Shown: positions 40,108 to 49,036, counted from the stretch's first letter. The stretch: DNA of 64,000 nt from an uncultured Planctomycetales bacterium (GCA_964542785.1 CAZIUK010000001.1:133115-197114), one strand, 5' to 3'. Numbers and translations are program-made. Notes: a model not told the origin generated them from the sequence alone.

Positions 40108-41697
40108 ATGAAAATTAATTTGAAGGTTTTTTTATTCGCTATACTTATTTTAAATTTTACCTTTACTCCTTATATTTACGCTTTAGGTGAGATGCTCCCC
40201 GTGCCAAAAGATCAACCGCTTATTTCTATGGATCTTCAGGACGCTTCTTTAAAAGATGTGCTTAAGATATTATCAATGCAGTCCGGCCTTAACTTTGTAG
40301 CTTCTGAGGCTGTATCAGATAGGACGCTTACTCTTTATGTAGATAAAGTTCCCCTTAAAGAGGCGATGGATAAGATATTTAAGGCCAATAACCTTTCTTA
40401 TGAGTTAGATGATGAGGCAAGTTTATTTATTGTCAAGGATTGGGGAACGCCTGAGGCAGAAACCATAACCGAAATATTTTACCTAAAACATGCTACGGTC
40501 TCGTCTTCTTCTTTAAAAGAAGAGATGAAGAGTATTTTAAATACTGATAATGAATCTAGCTCGTCTAGCTCATCATCATCTTCATCTTCATCATCTTCTT
40601 CTTCGGGTAGTTCTAATTCGGAAGATACCGGTAAATGGAAAGTGGAAGAAGAGGCTGGTATTACCCAGACAGTTAAAAGGCTTCTTTCTAAGGACGGCAA
40701 GGTTATAGAAGACTTTCGCACTAATTGCCTTATTGTTACGGATATGCCTTCGCGCATGCCGGTTATCCGCAAGGTTATCGCATCTTTGGATGTGGCTGTG
40801 CCGCAGGTTATGATGGAGGTAGAGATTTTAGATGTTAGTAAGGATGTAGTTGACCAGATGGGTTTTAAGTTTGGCCAGACCCCTTTATCTATAGCTATAA
40901 CAGGAGGGCAGGCAACAGCAGGATTTCCGTATCATAGTTGGGCAAAAGCATTCGCAGGAGGTTACGGCGCAATAGATATTAATAATGATATAACCGGAGG
41001 CCCTTATAAAGTTCAGTTAGATTTCTTGCGAACCCATACAGATACTAAGTTTTTAGCAAGGCCAAGACTTCTTTCTTTGAACAATGAGACTGCTGAGATT
41101 AAGATTACTACTGAAGAAGCTATAGGTGTAAAAACTACTACTGCCGCTGCAGGAGGGGTTGTGGGGAGCGAGACAGTAGAGGCAGAGCGTTTTGAGACAG
41201 GTATATCTTTAAGAGTTACTCCTCAGGTTGATTTAGCCAGTAAAGAGATTACGATGTTTATCTATCCTAAGGTTGCTGAAGCCTCAACAACTAAAGCTAC
41301 TTTTGCTGCAGCCGGGCATACCTATGATTTTGCTAATCCAGAAGTGCGCAGCACTAAGACTATAGTGCGCGTTAAGGATGGAGAGACAATGGTCTTGGGG
41401 GGATTGATACGTAAGCAGCATGCTACTGTTGTAACCAAGCTACCAATATTAGGAGATATTCCTTTTTTTGGCGCATTTTTTAGGCATAAGTCCTACTCCC
41501 CGGGTAAAGATAGGGAACTCTTAGTCTTTATCACTCCGCGCATAATTAATGATGGAGTTTATACAGAGAAGGCTGAAGGGGCTTTAGCCCAGGTTAAAAG
41601 AATGGCGCTTCCTAACCGCGAACAATCTACGGCAACAGTGATAAGCCGGCAGTCAAGCATAAACACTTATTTAAACGCCTTAGAAAATCAACGTTAA
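40108..41697 (+). CDS. pilQ: type IV pilus secretin PilQ with poly-Ser linker
   Basis: Secretin C-domain (VRVKDGETMVLGGLIRK, LPILGDIPFFGAFFRHKS, RELLVFITPRII); signal peptide; 24-residue Ser tract. Confidence 0.8.
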   Translation: MKINLKVFLFAILILNFTFTPYIYALGEMLPVPKDQPLISMDLQDASLKDVLKILSMQSGLNFVASEAVSDRTLTLYVDKVPLKEAMDKIFKANNLSYELDDEASLFIVKDWGTPEAETITEIFYLKHATVSSSSLKEEMKSILNTDNESSSSSSSSSSSSSSSSSGSSNSEDTGKWKVEEEAGITQTVKRLLSKDGKVIEDFRTNCLIVTDMPSRMPVIRKVIASLDVAVPQVMMEVEILDVSKDVVDQMGFKFGQTPLSIAITGGQATAGFPYHSWAKAFAGGYGAIDINNDITGGPYKVQLDFLRTHTDTKFLARPRLLSLNNETAEIKITTEEAIGVKTTTAAAGGVVGSETVEAERFETGISLRVTPQVDLASKEITMFIYPKVAEASTTKATFAAAGHTYDFANPEVRSTKTIVRVKDGETMVLGGLIRKQHATVVTKLPILGDIPFFGAFFRHKSYSPGKDRELLVFITPRIINDGVYTEKAEGALAQVKRMALPNREQSTATVISRQSSINTYLNALENQR

Positions 41698-41712
41698 CGT
41701 TAAGAAATATTA

Positions 41713-43434
41713 ATGATTAATAAAGGTAAGCATATAAGATTAGGAGAGCTATTGCTTCAGGCAGGCCTAATTAATGCTGGGCAACTAGAGAAGGCTATAA
41801 GTATCCAGCGTCAAGAGGGAGGAAAGTTAGGGGAAGTTTTAGTTAAGCTAGGGATAGTTAAAGAAGACCAAGTGGTCTCTATCTTAGCCCAGCAACTTAA
41901 AGTGCCTTTTTTTTCTTTAGGCACTGGGATGTTAAAGCCTGCCCTTGACCAGGGGTTAGAGCGTTTAATCCCGCATGAATTTGCCCTGAAGAACTCTGTC
42001 CTGCCCCTATCGCGTACTTTAAGGTCTTTGACTATAGCTATGTCAGATCCGTTAGATTTAGTCCTTATAGATAACCTTGAAAGGATTACTAATTGTGAAA
42101 TTAACCCGGTTATCGCCAGCAGCACTGATATTAAAAAAGCAGTGGGCAATTTCTATGGTAAATCTTCGGCAATGCTTAATCAAGCGGTTAAAGATAGTTA
42201 TGATATTTCTGATGATTTAAATTTGGAGCAGGCTGAAGATGGACAGGAGTTAAGTTTAGATAAGTTGGCAGAACGGGCAGAAGAGGCTCCCGTAGTTAAA
42301 TTGGTTGATTTAATTATAAGGCAAGCGATTAATGAGAGGGCCTCGGATATTCATATAGAGCCTTTTAAAAATAATATTTCTTTAAGGTATCGCATAGACG
42401 GAAAGCTCTATGAGATTCCTCCTCCAGCCAAACACTTACATTTACCGATAACATCCCGTATTAAGATACTTTCAAAACTGGATATCGCTGAAAAACGGCT
42501 TCCCCAAGATGGAGCTTTTTTTGTTAGGATAGAGGAATATCCGATAGATATACGTGTTTCTTCCGTACCTACTATATATGGCGAAAAGATAGTAATGCGT
42601 TTATTGGATAGGAGGGAGGTAGTTTTAGATTTAAATAGGCTTGGGTTTGAGCCAAAACAGCTTGAGATTATACGCAAAGGTATAAATGCCCCTTATGGCT
42701 TAGTTTTTTTAACCGGCCCCACAGGCTCAGGTAAAACAACGACTCTGTATGCGATGTTAAGCGAGATTAAGAGCCCGACAAAAAACATAGTTACTGTTGA
42801 AGATCCGGTAGAGTATAGATTAGACGGAATTAATCAAGTGCAGATTAAGCCGGAGATAGGTTTAACCTTTGCTTCTGCCTTGCGTAGTTTTTTAAGGCAG
42901 GATCCTGATGTAATGTTAGTTGGGGAGGTGCGCGACCTTGAGACTGCCCAGATATGTATTCGTTCGGCCTTAACCGGGCACCTTGTTTTAAGCACCCTCC
43001 ACACCAATGATGCGCCTACAGCAGTAAGCAGGCTTATGGATATAGGCATAGAGCCTTATATGTTAGCCCCTTCGTTATTGCTAATAGTAAGCCAGAGGCT
43101 TTTAAGAAAGCTTTGTCCTGCCTGCAAAGAGGCATATGAGCCGGATAGGGTCCAAGCTTCTGCCTTGGGGTTAAAAGCAGAGCTTCTTTACAGGGCCAAG
43201 GGCTGCCCTAAGTGCAATAATATAGGATATAAGGGGAGAGTTAGTGTATCAGAGGTACTGTGGGTTAATGAGGAGATTAGAATCCTTATAAACCAGAGGG
43301 CATCTTTTCAGAAGATACGGGAGGTTGCCAAGGCTAACGGCATGCAAATGCTATATGAATCAGGTTTACGTAAGGCAGAGCAGGGGATTACTTCTTTAGA
43401 GGAAGCATCCAGCCTTGCTTTAGGAGTAGAATAA
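41713..43434 (+). CDS. pilB: type IV pilus assembly ATPase PilB with N-terminal MshEN (c-di-GMP-binding type) domain
   Basis: Tandem RLGxxLLxxGLIxxxxLxxAIxxQ motifs at N-terminus, Walker A GPTGSGKTTTLYA, tetracysteine CPACKE...CPKC. Confidence 0.85.
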   Translation: MINKGKHIRLGELLLQAGLINAGQLEKAISIQRQEGGKLGEVLVKLGIVKEDQVVSILAQQLKVPFFSLGTGMLKPALDQGLERLIPHEFALKNSVLPLSRTLRSLTIAMSDPLDLVLIDNLERITNCEINPVIASSTDIKKAVGNFYGKSSAMLNQAVKDSYDISDDLNLEQAEDGQELSLDKLAERAEEAPVVKLVDLIIRQAINERASDIHIEPFKNNISLRYRIDGKLYEIPPPAKHLHLPITSRIKILSKLDIAEKRLPQDGAFFVRIEEYPIDIRVSSVPTIYGEKIVMRLLDRREVVLDLNRLGFEPKQLEIIRKGINAPYGLVFLTGPTGSGKTTTLYAMLSEIKSPTKNIVTVEDPVEYRLDGINQVQIKPEIGLTFASALRSFLRQDPDVMLVGEVRDLETAQICIRSALTGHLVLSTLHTNDAPTAVSRLMDIGIEPYMLAPSLLLIVSQRLLRKLCPACKEAYEPDRVQASALGLKAELLYRAKGCPKCNNIGYKGRVSVSEVLWVNEEIRILINQRASFQKIREVAKANGMQMLYESGLRKAEQGITSLEEASSLALGVE

Positions 43435-44675
43435 TGCCTAAATTTTTTTATATTGTCAGGGATAGGCTGGGTAAGAAGATTACCGGAATTCAGGAAGCCA
43501 TAACCCAAGAAGAAGCAATAAACACTCTTCAGTCAAAAGGTTTTGTTGTTGTTAATATTATCCCTGAGAAACAAGAAGATAAGGCTAATGCCTCTATTGT
43601 AGCATCTGGGAGGGGGAGGTTTGTCTCTAAGCATAATAAGATTACTGGGGATGATCTTGTTATTTTTTGCCGTCAGTTAGCTACACTTATTGGGGCGGGT
43701 ATTACTATTTTAAGAAGTTTAAATATTATTTCCCAGCAGGTGGCAAGCAAGAGGTTGCATCAAATTATTCAAGAGCTAGAAAAGCATATGGAAGCTGGGC
43801 TGAGCCTGCATGAAGCAATAGCTAAATATCCTACTGTTTTTTCACCGCTTTGGACTAATCTTATAGAGAGTGGAGAAGCAAGCGGGAATTTGAGTTTGGT
43901 ATTAAACCGCCTTGCTGGCTATTTAGAGCGCAACGCTGCTTTTAGGAAAAAGATAGTTTCTGCGCTTATCTATCCTGCTATACTGATGGTTACCGGGTTA
44001 GGTGCGCTTTTATTTATGACAATTAAGATTATCCCTACCTTTGCCGAAATATTTACTGGCTTTAATGTCGAACTTCCGTTTTTAACTAAAATGCTTTTGT
44101 TGACAAGTTTCTATATCAGAAAATTCGGGATTATTATAGTCGTAACAATAGGAATTATATTTTGGTTTTTACGCAGGTATGTAAAGACTCGTGAGGGTAA
44201 GAGGGCGTTTCAATTATTTTTATTAAAACTTCCTATTGTTAGTGATTTTTTTAGGAATATCTCCATAGAGCGCTTTACTTCTGAAATGTTTACTTTGATT
44301 GAAAGTGGAGTGCCCATACTTTATTCTCTAGAGATATCAGAGCGTAGCGTGGATAATGTTATCTTAGGAGACATTATACGCAAGGTTAAAGAAGAAGTGC
44401 GTGAAGGCAAACTTTTAGGGCAATCGTTAGAAAAGAGCGGTTTTTTTGATCCTATGGTATCACAGATGATTAGCATAGGAGAAGAGGTAGGTGAGCTGCC
44501 CGGCATGTTTAAAAAGCTCAATGCCTTTTATCAGGAGCATCTAGAGGTTTTTACTACCCGTTTTACTTCAATCTTTGAACCGGTAATGCTTATTTTTATG
44601 GGTGTAGTTATCGGGATAATGATTATAGGGTTATTTTTGCCGATATTTAAGATATCACAAATTAGCGGAGGTTAA
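43434..44675 (+). CDS. pilC: type IV pilus platform protein PilC (GspF family)
   Basis: Two GspF repeats, 3 TM segments; ATG overlaps pilB stop. Confidence 0.85.
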   Translation: MPKFFYIVRDRLGKKITGIQEAITQEEAINTLQSKGFVVVNIIPEKQEDKANASIVASGRGRFVSKHNKITGDDLVIFCRQLATLIGAGITILRSLNIISQQVASKRLHQIIQELEKHMEAGLSLHEAIAKYPTVFSPLWTNLIESGEASGNLSLVLNRLAGYLERNAAFRKKIVSALIYPAILMVTGLGALLFMTIKIIPTFAEIFTGFNVELPFLTKMLLLTSFYIRKFGIIIVVTIGIIFWFLRRYVKTREGKRAFQLFLLKLPIVSDFFRNISIERFTSEMFTLIESGVPILYSLEISERSVDNVILGDIIRKVKEEVREGKLLGQSLEKSGFFDPMVSQMISIGEEVGELPGMFKKLNAFYQEHLEVFTTRFTSIFEPVMLIFMGVVIGIMIIGLFLPIFKISQISGG

Positions 44676-44754
44676 AAAAAACTTGCTTTTTTTGTAAGCT
44701 TAAGTATAATAAAAACCAATATAACAAAGATAATAGTTTTAAAAAAGGAGGTGA

Positions 44755-45147
44755 ATGGATATGAAAAGAAAAGGTGGTTTTACTTTGGTTGAAATCGTTG
44801 TAGTAATTATAATTGTAGGCATATTAGCTGCTTTGGGTTTTACGCAATATACTAAGGTAGTGGAAAAAGGACGTACTGCTGAAGCTAAGTCTATTTTAGG
44901 TGCACTTAGGACAGCGCAACAGGCAAAACATTTGGAGACCGGCGCTTATGCAACTGTACCTAATTTGCCTGTGGAGGCGCCTTCTAGCTGCGCTAATACT
45001 CATTATTTTAGCTATGCATGTACTACTACTGGGACTTGTACTGCTACAAGATGTACTAGTGGAGGTAAGGCACCCCAGGGTCCCTCTAGGTATACTCTTA
45101 ATCTTTCTATTGATGGGGAGTGGGGCGGAACAGCGGGTTATTATTAA
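44755..45147 (+). CDS. type IV pilin (prepilin-type N-terminal cleavage/methylation domain)
   Basis: KGGFTLVEIVVVIIIVGILAA class III signal; Cys-rich C-terminal D-region. Confidence 0.75.
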   Translation: MDMKRKGGFTLVEIVVVIIIVGILAALGFTQYTKVVEKGRTAEAKSILGALRTAQQAKHLETGAYATVPNLPVEAPSSCANTHYFSYACTTTGTCTATRCTSGGKAPQGPSRYTLNLSIDGEWGGTAGYY

Positions 45148-45251
45148 TTTAATTTTAACAAGACGTTTTATTGAGCAGGGTATTATTCTGTTATTTTAGC
45201 AGTTAGTAATGCTTTGCTCAATAAGCGTTTAAAAAAATATTAAAGGCTGAT

Positions 45252-45671
45252 ATGTCAGAAAACAATAGACACTCCTTTACTCTCATAGAAGTTTTAGTTG
45301 TTATAGTCATTATTGGTATTCTTTCTGCAATAGCTATCCCGAATTTTAACAAGACAAAGTATAATGTTTTAAGTAAAGAGGCAGTCTCTAATATCAGACT
45401 TATTGCTGCGGCTGAGAAAATATATAAGATGGAGAGCGATGAAGATGTGTATGATTCTTGCGATAATACTGCGGAATGTAATGATACCCTTAAGTTGGAT
45501 TTAAATGACTCTAATTGGGTTTATAGCGTTAAAACTACCTCTACCCCTTTAAGCGTAGCTACGATAAAAGCGGAATTAAAAGGGAATTTAAATTGCACAT
45601 ATACTTTAACTAGTAGTGATTTTAATGCCGATCCTGAAAAATCACGCAACTGCCCTGACGGGATGATTTAA
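45252..45671 (+). CDS. prepilin-type minor pilin
   Basis: RHSFTLIEVLVVIVIIGILSAIAIPNF. Confidence 0.6.
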   Translation: MSENNRHSFTLIEVLVVIVIIGILSAIAIPNFNKTKYNVLSKEAVSNIRLIAAAEKIYKMESDEDVYDSCDNTAECNDTLKLDLNDSNWVYSVKTTSTPLSVATIKAELKGNLNCTYTLTSSDFNADPEKSRNCPDGMI

Positions 45672-45685
45672 GGTAAAAGTAAGAA

Positions 45686-46045
45686 GTGAATAAAAAAGCC
45701 TTAACCCTATTAGAAATCCTCGTCTCCTTAATCATTATTTCTTTAGTGATTACTGGCTTGGCAAGCACCTTTGTAATTGGAAAGCGTTATATTTATAAAA
45801 GCAGGTTAAAGATTTCAGGCGCAGAATTAGGAAAGTATTTTTTAGACTCTCTTCAGAGGCATGTTAATTATTCTACTTGGTATGATACGGACAACTCCTT
45901 AGGCCCTAAAGGTCCCAAAAAATATTTTGAAAAAATAACTATAGATGACAGGGATTACAAGGGTACTTATGAAATCGATACTGTTGACTCGTCGGATAAT
46001 CTTACCAAGGTAACGGTTTCTATAACTTTGCCTGCTATTGAATAA
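45686..46045 (+). CDS. prepilin-type minor pilin (PilV/GspI-like)
   Basis: KKALTLLEILVSLIIISLVI; Glu5 present. Confidence 0.55.
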   Translation: MNKKALTLLEILVSLIIISLVITGLASTFVIGKRYIYKSRLKISGAELGKYFLDSLQRHVNYSTWYDTDNSLGPKGPKKYFEKITIDDRDYKGTYEIDTVDSSDNLTKVTVSITLPAIE

Positions 46046-46638
46046 TGCCTTACCAGAATAAATCTATAACCTTAATGGAGCTTTTGATAGCACTTGTCTT
46101 AATGGGGCTTGTTATCCTCGGTATAAATAGTATTACTATATTCAGCCGTTATCAACTTATCTCTCTTGACCGCAGGATTAAAGTACAGAACGATCTTTCT
46201 TTTTGCCTGGATCATATTGCTAAAAGAGGTTTAAGTACCATAGGTAATGAAAAGGTTTTTGGCGAGAAAACAGCTGTTGTGATTGAGACAGACACTTCTT
46301 TGGCGCTTTATATTGACGCTCCTAGATCTTCTCTTGGCATTAGGGATGTTAACGACTATTGGATAAAATATACTTTTGATAAGTCTTCTAACCGGTTGTT
46401 GTATTGCAGTAATTGCGGGGCTTCTTCTGCCTGTCTTAATTGTAGAGAGGAAGGGAAAGAAGAGGTTTTATCTGGCATAATAACTTCTTTTAAGCCCGGT
46501 AAAAATTTTAGCGAAGGGAATTATGTATATGTTAAAATTTCAGGCCGTTGGGACCCTTCTAAGGAAAAGGATTCTGTAGATAATCCCGAAGTAATTATGC
46601 GCTCTACCATTTACTTGCCATCCGTCTCCACCAACTAA
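46045..46638 (+). CDS. prepilin-type minor pilin (PilW/GspJ-like)
   Basis: NKSITLMELLIALVLMGLVILG; ATG overlaps preceding stop. Confidence 0.55.
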   Translation: MPYQNKSITLMELLIALVLMGLVILGINSITIFSRYQLISLDRRIKVQNDLSFCLDHIAKRGLSTIGNEKVFGEKTAVVIETDTSLALYIDAPRSSLGIRDVNDYWIKYTFDKSSNRLLYCSNCGASSACLNCREEGKEEVLSGIITSFKPGKNFSEGNYVYVKISGRWDPSKEKDSVDNPEVIMRSTIYLPSVSTN

Positions 46639-46647
46639 ACCCTAAAT

Positions 46648-46680
46648 CCTGGGGGACGCTCTCCAAGGTGCCAGGCTCCA
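46648..46680 (+). repeat. REP-like element copy B (left flank of RAYT)
   Basis: CCTGGGGGACGCTCTCCAAGGTGCCAGGCTCCA. Confidence 0.8.
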
Positions 46681-46762
46681 TTCGTAAGCCAATCTAATCG
46701 CAACAATTTTAGTTAGATTTTTAGTTTTCTTACGTCTATTAGTTGTAGAGGAGGTGGTTAGA

Positions 46763-47353
46763 ATGCCTAGAGCAAATAGGTTGATTTTGGACAGAGGGTA
46801 TTACCATGTCTTTACAAGAGGTAATGACCGAAAGCAAATATTTAGAAAAGATGCGGATTATCAGGTTTTTATTTCTATCGTAAAACGATACCTAAAAGAA
46901 GTTTTATTGGCAATAACAAATTATTGTTTAATGCCGAATCATTTACATTTGCTTATCTTTACTGAACGAGGAGATGATCTCTCTATTTTTATGAAGAATA
47001 TCCTACAGGTATATGCTAATTACCACAGAAAGGAATATAATTCCGTAGGGTTTCTTTATCAGAATAGGTTTAAAAGTTTATTAATAAATAATGATAGTTA
47101 TTTGTTAGAATGTTCCAGGTATATAGAGCGCAATCCATTACGGGGAAAATTAGTAAGCAATATATTTGATTGGCCTTGGAATAGTTTTTCCTACTATGCA
47201 AAAGGAGATACTAATGGTATAATTACCAAAGAAAATCCGGCCTTTCAATCTTTAGGTAGCTTACTTAAAGACAGAAGAACCTCTTATATTAATTATGTTT
47301 TACAGGAAAGGCCCTATGATGAGATTCTTGATAAGGTATTTGAATTAAAATAA
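46763..47353 (+). CDS. REP-associated tyrosine transposase (RAYT; IS200/IS605 Y1 HUH transposase family)
   Basis: YHVFTRGN, HUH motif MPNHLHLL, catalytic-Tyr motif RYIERNPL; ATG 46763 preceded by GGAGGTGG RBS (track start 46754 is GTG). Confidence 0.75.
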   Translation: MPRANRLILDRGYYHVFTRGNDRKQIFRKDADYQVFISIVKRYLKEVLLAITNYCLMPNHLHLLIFTERGDDLSIFMKNILQVYANYHRKEYNSVGFLYQNRFKSLLINNDSYLLECSRYIERNPLRGKLVSNIFDWPWNSFSYYAKGDTNGIITKENPAFQSLGSLLKDRRTSYINYVLQERPYDEILDKVFELK

Positions 47354-47355
47354 GT

Positions 47356-47404
47356 CCTTGGGGACGTTCCCCAAGTGCCTGACACCTGGAGAGCGTCCCC
47401 CAGG
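47356..47404 (+). repeat. REP-like elements copy C (right flank of RAYT; hairpin plus inverted copy of left REP)
   Basis: CCTTGGGGACGTTCCCCAAG, then TGCCTGACACC, then TGGAGAGCGTCCCCCAGG. Confidence 0.8.
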
Positions 47405-47415
47405 GGACAGGTTTG

Positions 47416-47491
47416 GGGGCTGTAGCTCAGCTGGGAGAGCGCCTCGTTCGCAACGAGGAGGCCAGCGGTTCGATCCCGCTCAGCTCCACCA
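47416..47491 (+). tRNA. tRNA-Ala (anticodon CGC)
   Basis: 76-nt cloverleaf: acceptor GGGGCTG/CAGCTCC with G3:U70 Ala identity pair, D-stem GCTC/GAGC, anticodon loop TTCGCAA, T-arm AGCGG-TTCGATC-CCGCT, encoded CCA. Confidence 0.85.
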
Positions 47492-47557
47492 CTTTTGTGA
47501 AAAAATTTAAGTTGTAGTATTTAAGTAGCTATAGTTTTAACAGGCAAGATAAGAAAG

Positions 47558-49036
47558 ATGAAGCAAAAAATAAAAATTATCACTATTCTTTTTTTCTTTG
47601 CCGTCAGTTTTTTAACTTTCTTGTACGCAGACAATATAAAAAATCCTTCAGTAGCCGGGATGTTTTACCCTGACTCACCTAAAGAGCTTTTAAAGATGGT
47701 GGATGATCTTATCTTTTCTGCCCAAATAAAAGAAGCAGAGAAAAAAGAAAGTGAAGCATTTATAATTATAGTCCCTCATGCAGGGTATGGCTATTCAGGC
47801 CAGACAGCAGCTTATGCCTACAAACTAATAAAGGATAGAAATTATAAGACAATTGTCATTATCGGCACCGGCCACCATTACGGCTTTAGCGGAGTATCAG
47901 TGTATCCTGAAGGTAAGTTTGGCACTCCCTTAGGGCAGATAGAGGTTGATAAAGAATTTTCCGCCAAACTCTTAAACTCTAATAAAGACATATACTTTGA
48001 TCCTAAGGCCTTTGAAGGCGAACATAGCGTTGAGGTGCAGCTTCCTTTTTTACAGAGGACGCTAAAAGACTTTAAAATTGTCCCTCTAGTTATAGGAGAC
48101 TGTCCTATAAAATTATGCCAAGAGCTCGCTAGCCTCCTTAAAGATGCTATTGGCCAACGCAAAGACGTATTGGTAGTAATCTCCTCGGATTTATATCACG
48201 GGTATGACTTTGAAAAGGCAGCCGTTATAGATAACTTAACTCTTTCTTTTATCAAGGATTTAGACGCCGAAGGCCTTTATTATGCCTTGCGTGAAGGAAG
48301 AGCGCAGGCTTGTGGAGGTTTTGGGGTTGTAAGCGCTATAATGCTTGCAAAGAAGATGCTTTGTAATAAAGCAACGCTTATGAATTATACTAACTCTTCA
48401 GAGGTAACCGGGGATAAAAAGAAAGGTATCTGGACCGTAGGGTATGCGAGTGTAGTTATTGATGATAAAAGCAGGGAGGTAGCTATGTTTAACAAGCAAG
48501 AACAAAAAAGGCTCCTTGAGATTGCGCGCTCTTCAATAGAATCTTATCTAAAAGAAGGTAGAAAGCTAAAAATAACTGAAACCGAGCCTGCTTTGCTTAA
48601 AGAGATGGGCGCTTTTGTAACGCTTCATAAAAAAGGCCAATTACGCGGCTGTATCGGCAACTTAACCGGTAAAGGTCCCTTATATTTAACCGTGCGCGAT
48701 ATGGCTGTAGAAGCAGCTACTTTTGACCCGCGCTTTCCGGCAGTAACTTTAGATGAATTAGCAGATATTGATATAGAAATATCTGTTCTTTCTCCTATGC
48801 AAAGAATAGATAACCCTGAAAATATCCGTCTTGGCATCGATGGAGTTTTAGTGCGTAAGGGTCTTAGGAGTGGAGTTTTCTTGCCTCAAGTAGCTATAGA
48901 AACCGGTTGGAATAAGCAAGAGTTTTTATCTAATCTTTGTTTGCAAAAAGCAGGCTTGTCTATTGATGCCTGGAAAGACAAGGATACAGAGGTCTATACC
49001 TTTACCGCCGAGATTTTTTCTGAAAAAAAGTTATGA
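47558..49036 (+). CDS. Memo-like (AmmeMemoRadiSam system protein B) fused to AMMECR1 domain, with N-terminal signal peptide/TM
   Basis: IVPHAGYGYSG and HS(V)E, DLYHGY Memo motifs in N-half; C-half AMMECR1 (GAFVTLHKKGQLRGCIG); N-terminal hydrophobic leader. Confidence 0.6.
   Translation: MKQKIKIITILFFFAVSFLTFLYADNIKNPSVAGMFYPDSPKELLKMVDDLIFSAQIKEAEKKESEAFIIIVPHAGYGYSGQTAAYAYKLIKDRNYKTIVIIGTGHHYGFSGVSVYPEGKFGTPLGQIEVDKEFSAKLLNSNKDIYFDPKAFEGEHSVEVQLPFLQRTLKDFKIVPLVIGDCPIKLCQELASLLKDAIGQRKDVLVVISSDLYHGYDFEKAAVIDNLTLSFIKDLDAEGLYYALREGRAQACGGFGVVSAIMLAKKMLCNKATLMNYTNSSEVTGDKKKGIWTVGYASVVIDDKSREVAMFNKQEQKRLLEIARSSIESYLKEGRKLKITETEPALLKEMGAFVTLHKKGQLRGCIGNLTGKGPLYLTVRDMAVEAATFDPRFPAVTLDELADIDIEISVLSPMQRIDNPENIRLGIDGVLVRKGLRSGVFLPQVAIETGWNKQEFLSNLCLQKAGLSIDAWKDKDTEVYTFTAEIFSEKKL

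Larger units (their letters stand above)
46648..47404 (+). mobile_element. RAYT unit: REP-associated tyrosine transposase gene bounded by inverted REP-like palindromes
   Basis: Left CCTGGGGGACGCTCTCCAAGGTGCCAGGC (46648-46676) and right GCCTGACACCTGGAGAGCGTCCCCCAGG (47377-47404) are near-perfect inverted repeats; an extra hairpin CCTTGGGGACGTTCCCCAAG sits at 47356-47375. Confidence 0.75.

Noticed and set aside
40560-40625. Possible CRISPR or other spaced repeat array suggested by the repetitive TCA/TCT tract
   Set aside because: It is a simple trinucleotide repeat inside the pilQ reading frame encoding poly-Ser. There is no repeat-spacer structure and no cas genes. No CRISPR array was found anywhere in the window.
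44900-45199. 99-aa + strand ORF overlapping the pilin gene in another frame
   Set aside because: It overlaps the 44755-45147 pilin, which has a canonical prepilin leader. It has no RBS and its composition is driven by the pilin frame.
37546-46638. Module 1 as a type II secretion system rather than type IV pilus
   Set aside because: The cytoplasmic actin-like PilM is present and GspC, GspL and GspD-specific N-domains are absent. The PilN/PilO/PilP-type components and the MshEN-type PilB fit T4aP/MSHA-like pili better. A pseudopilus or secretion role for one of the two modules cannot be fully excluded.
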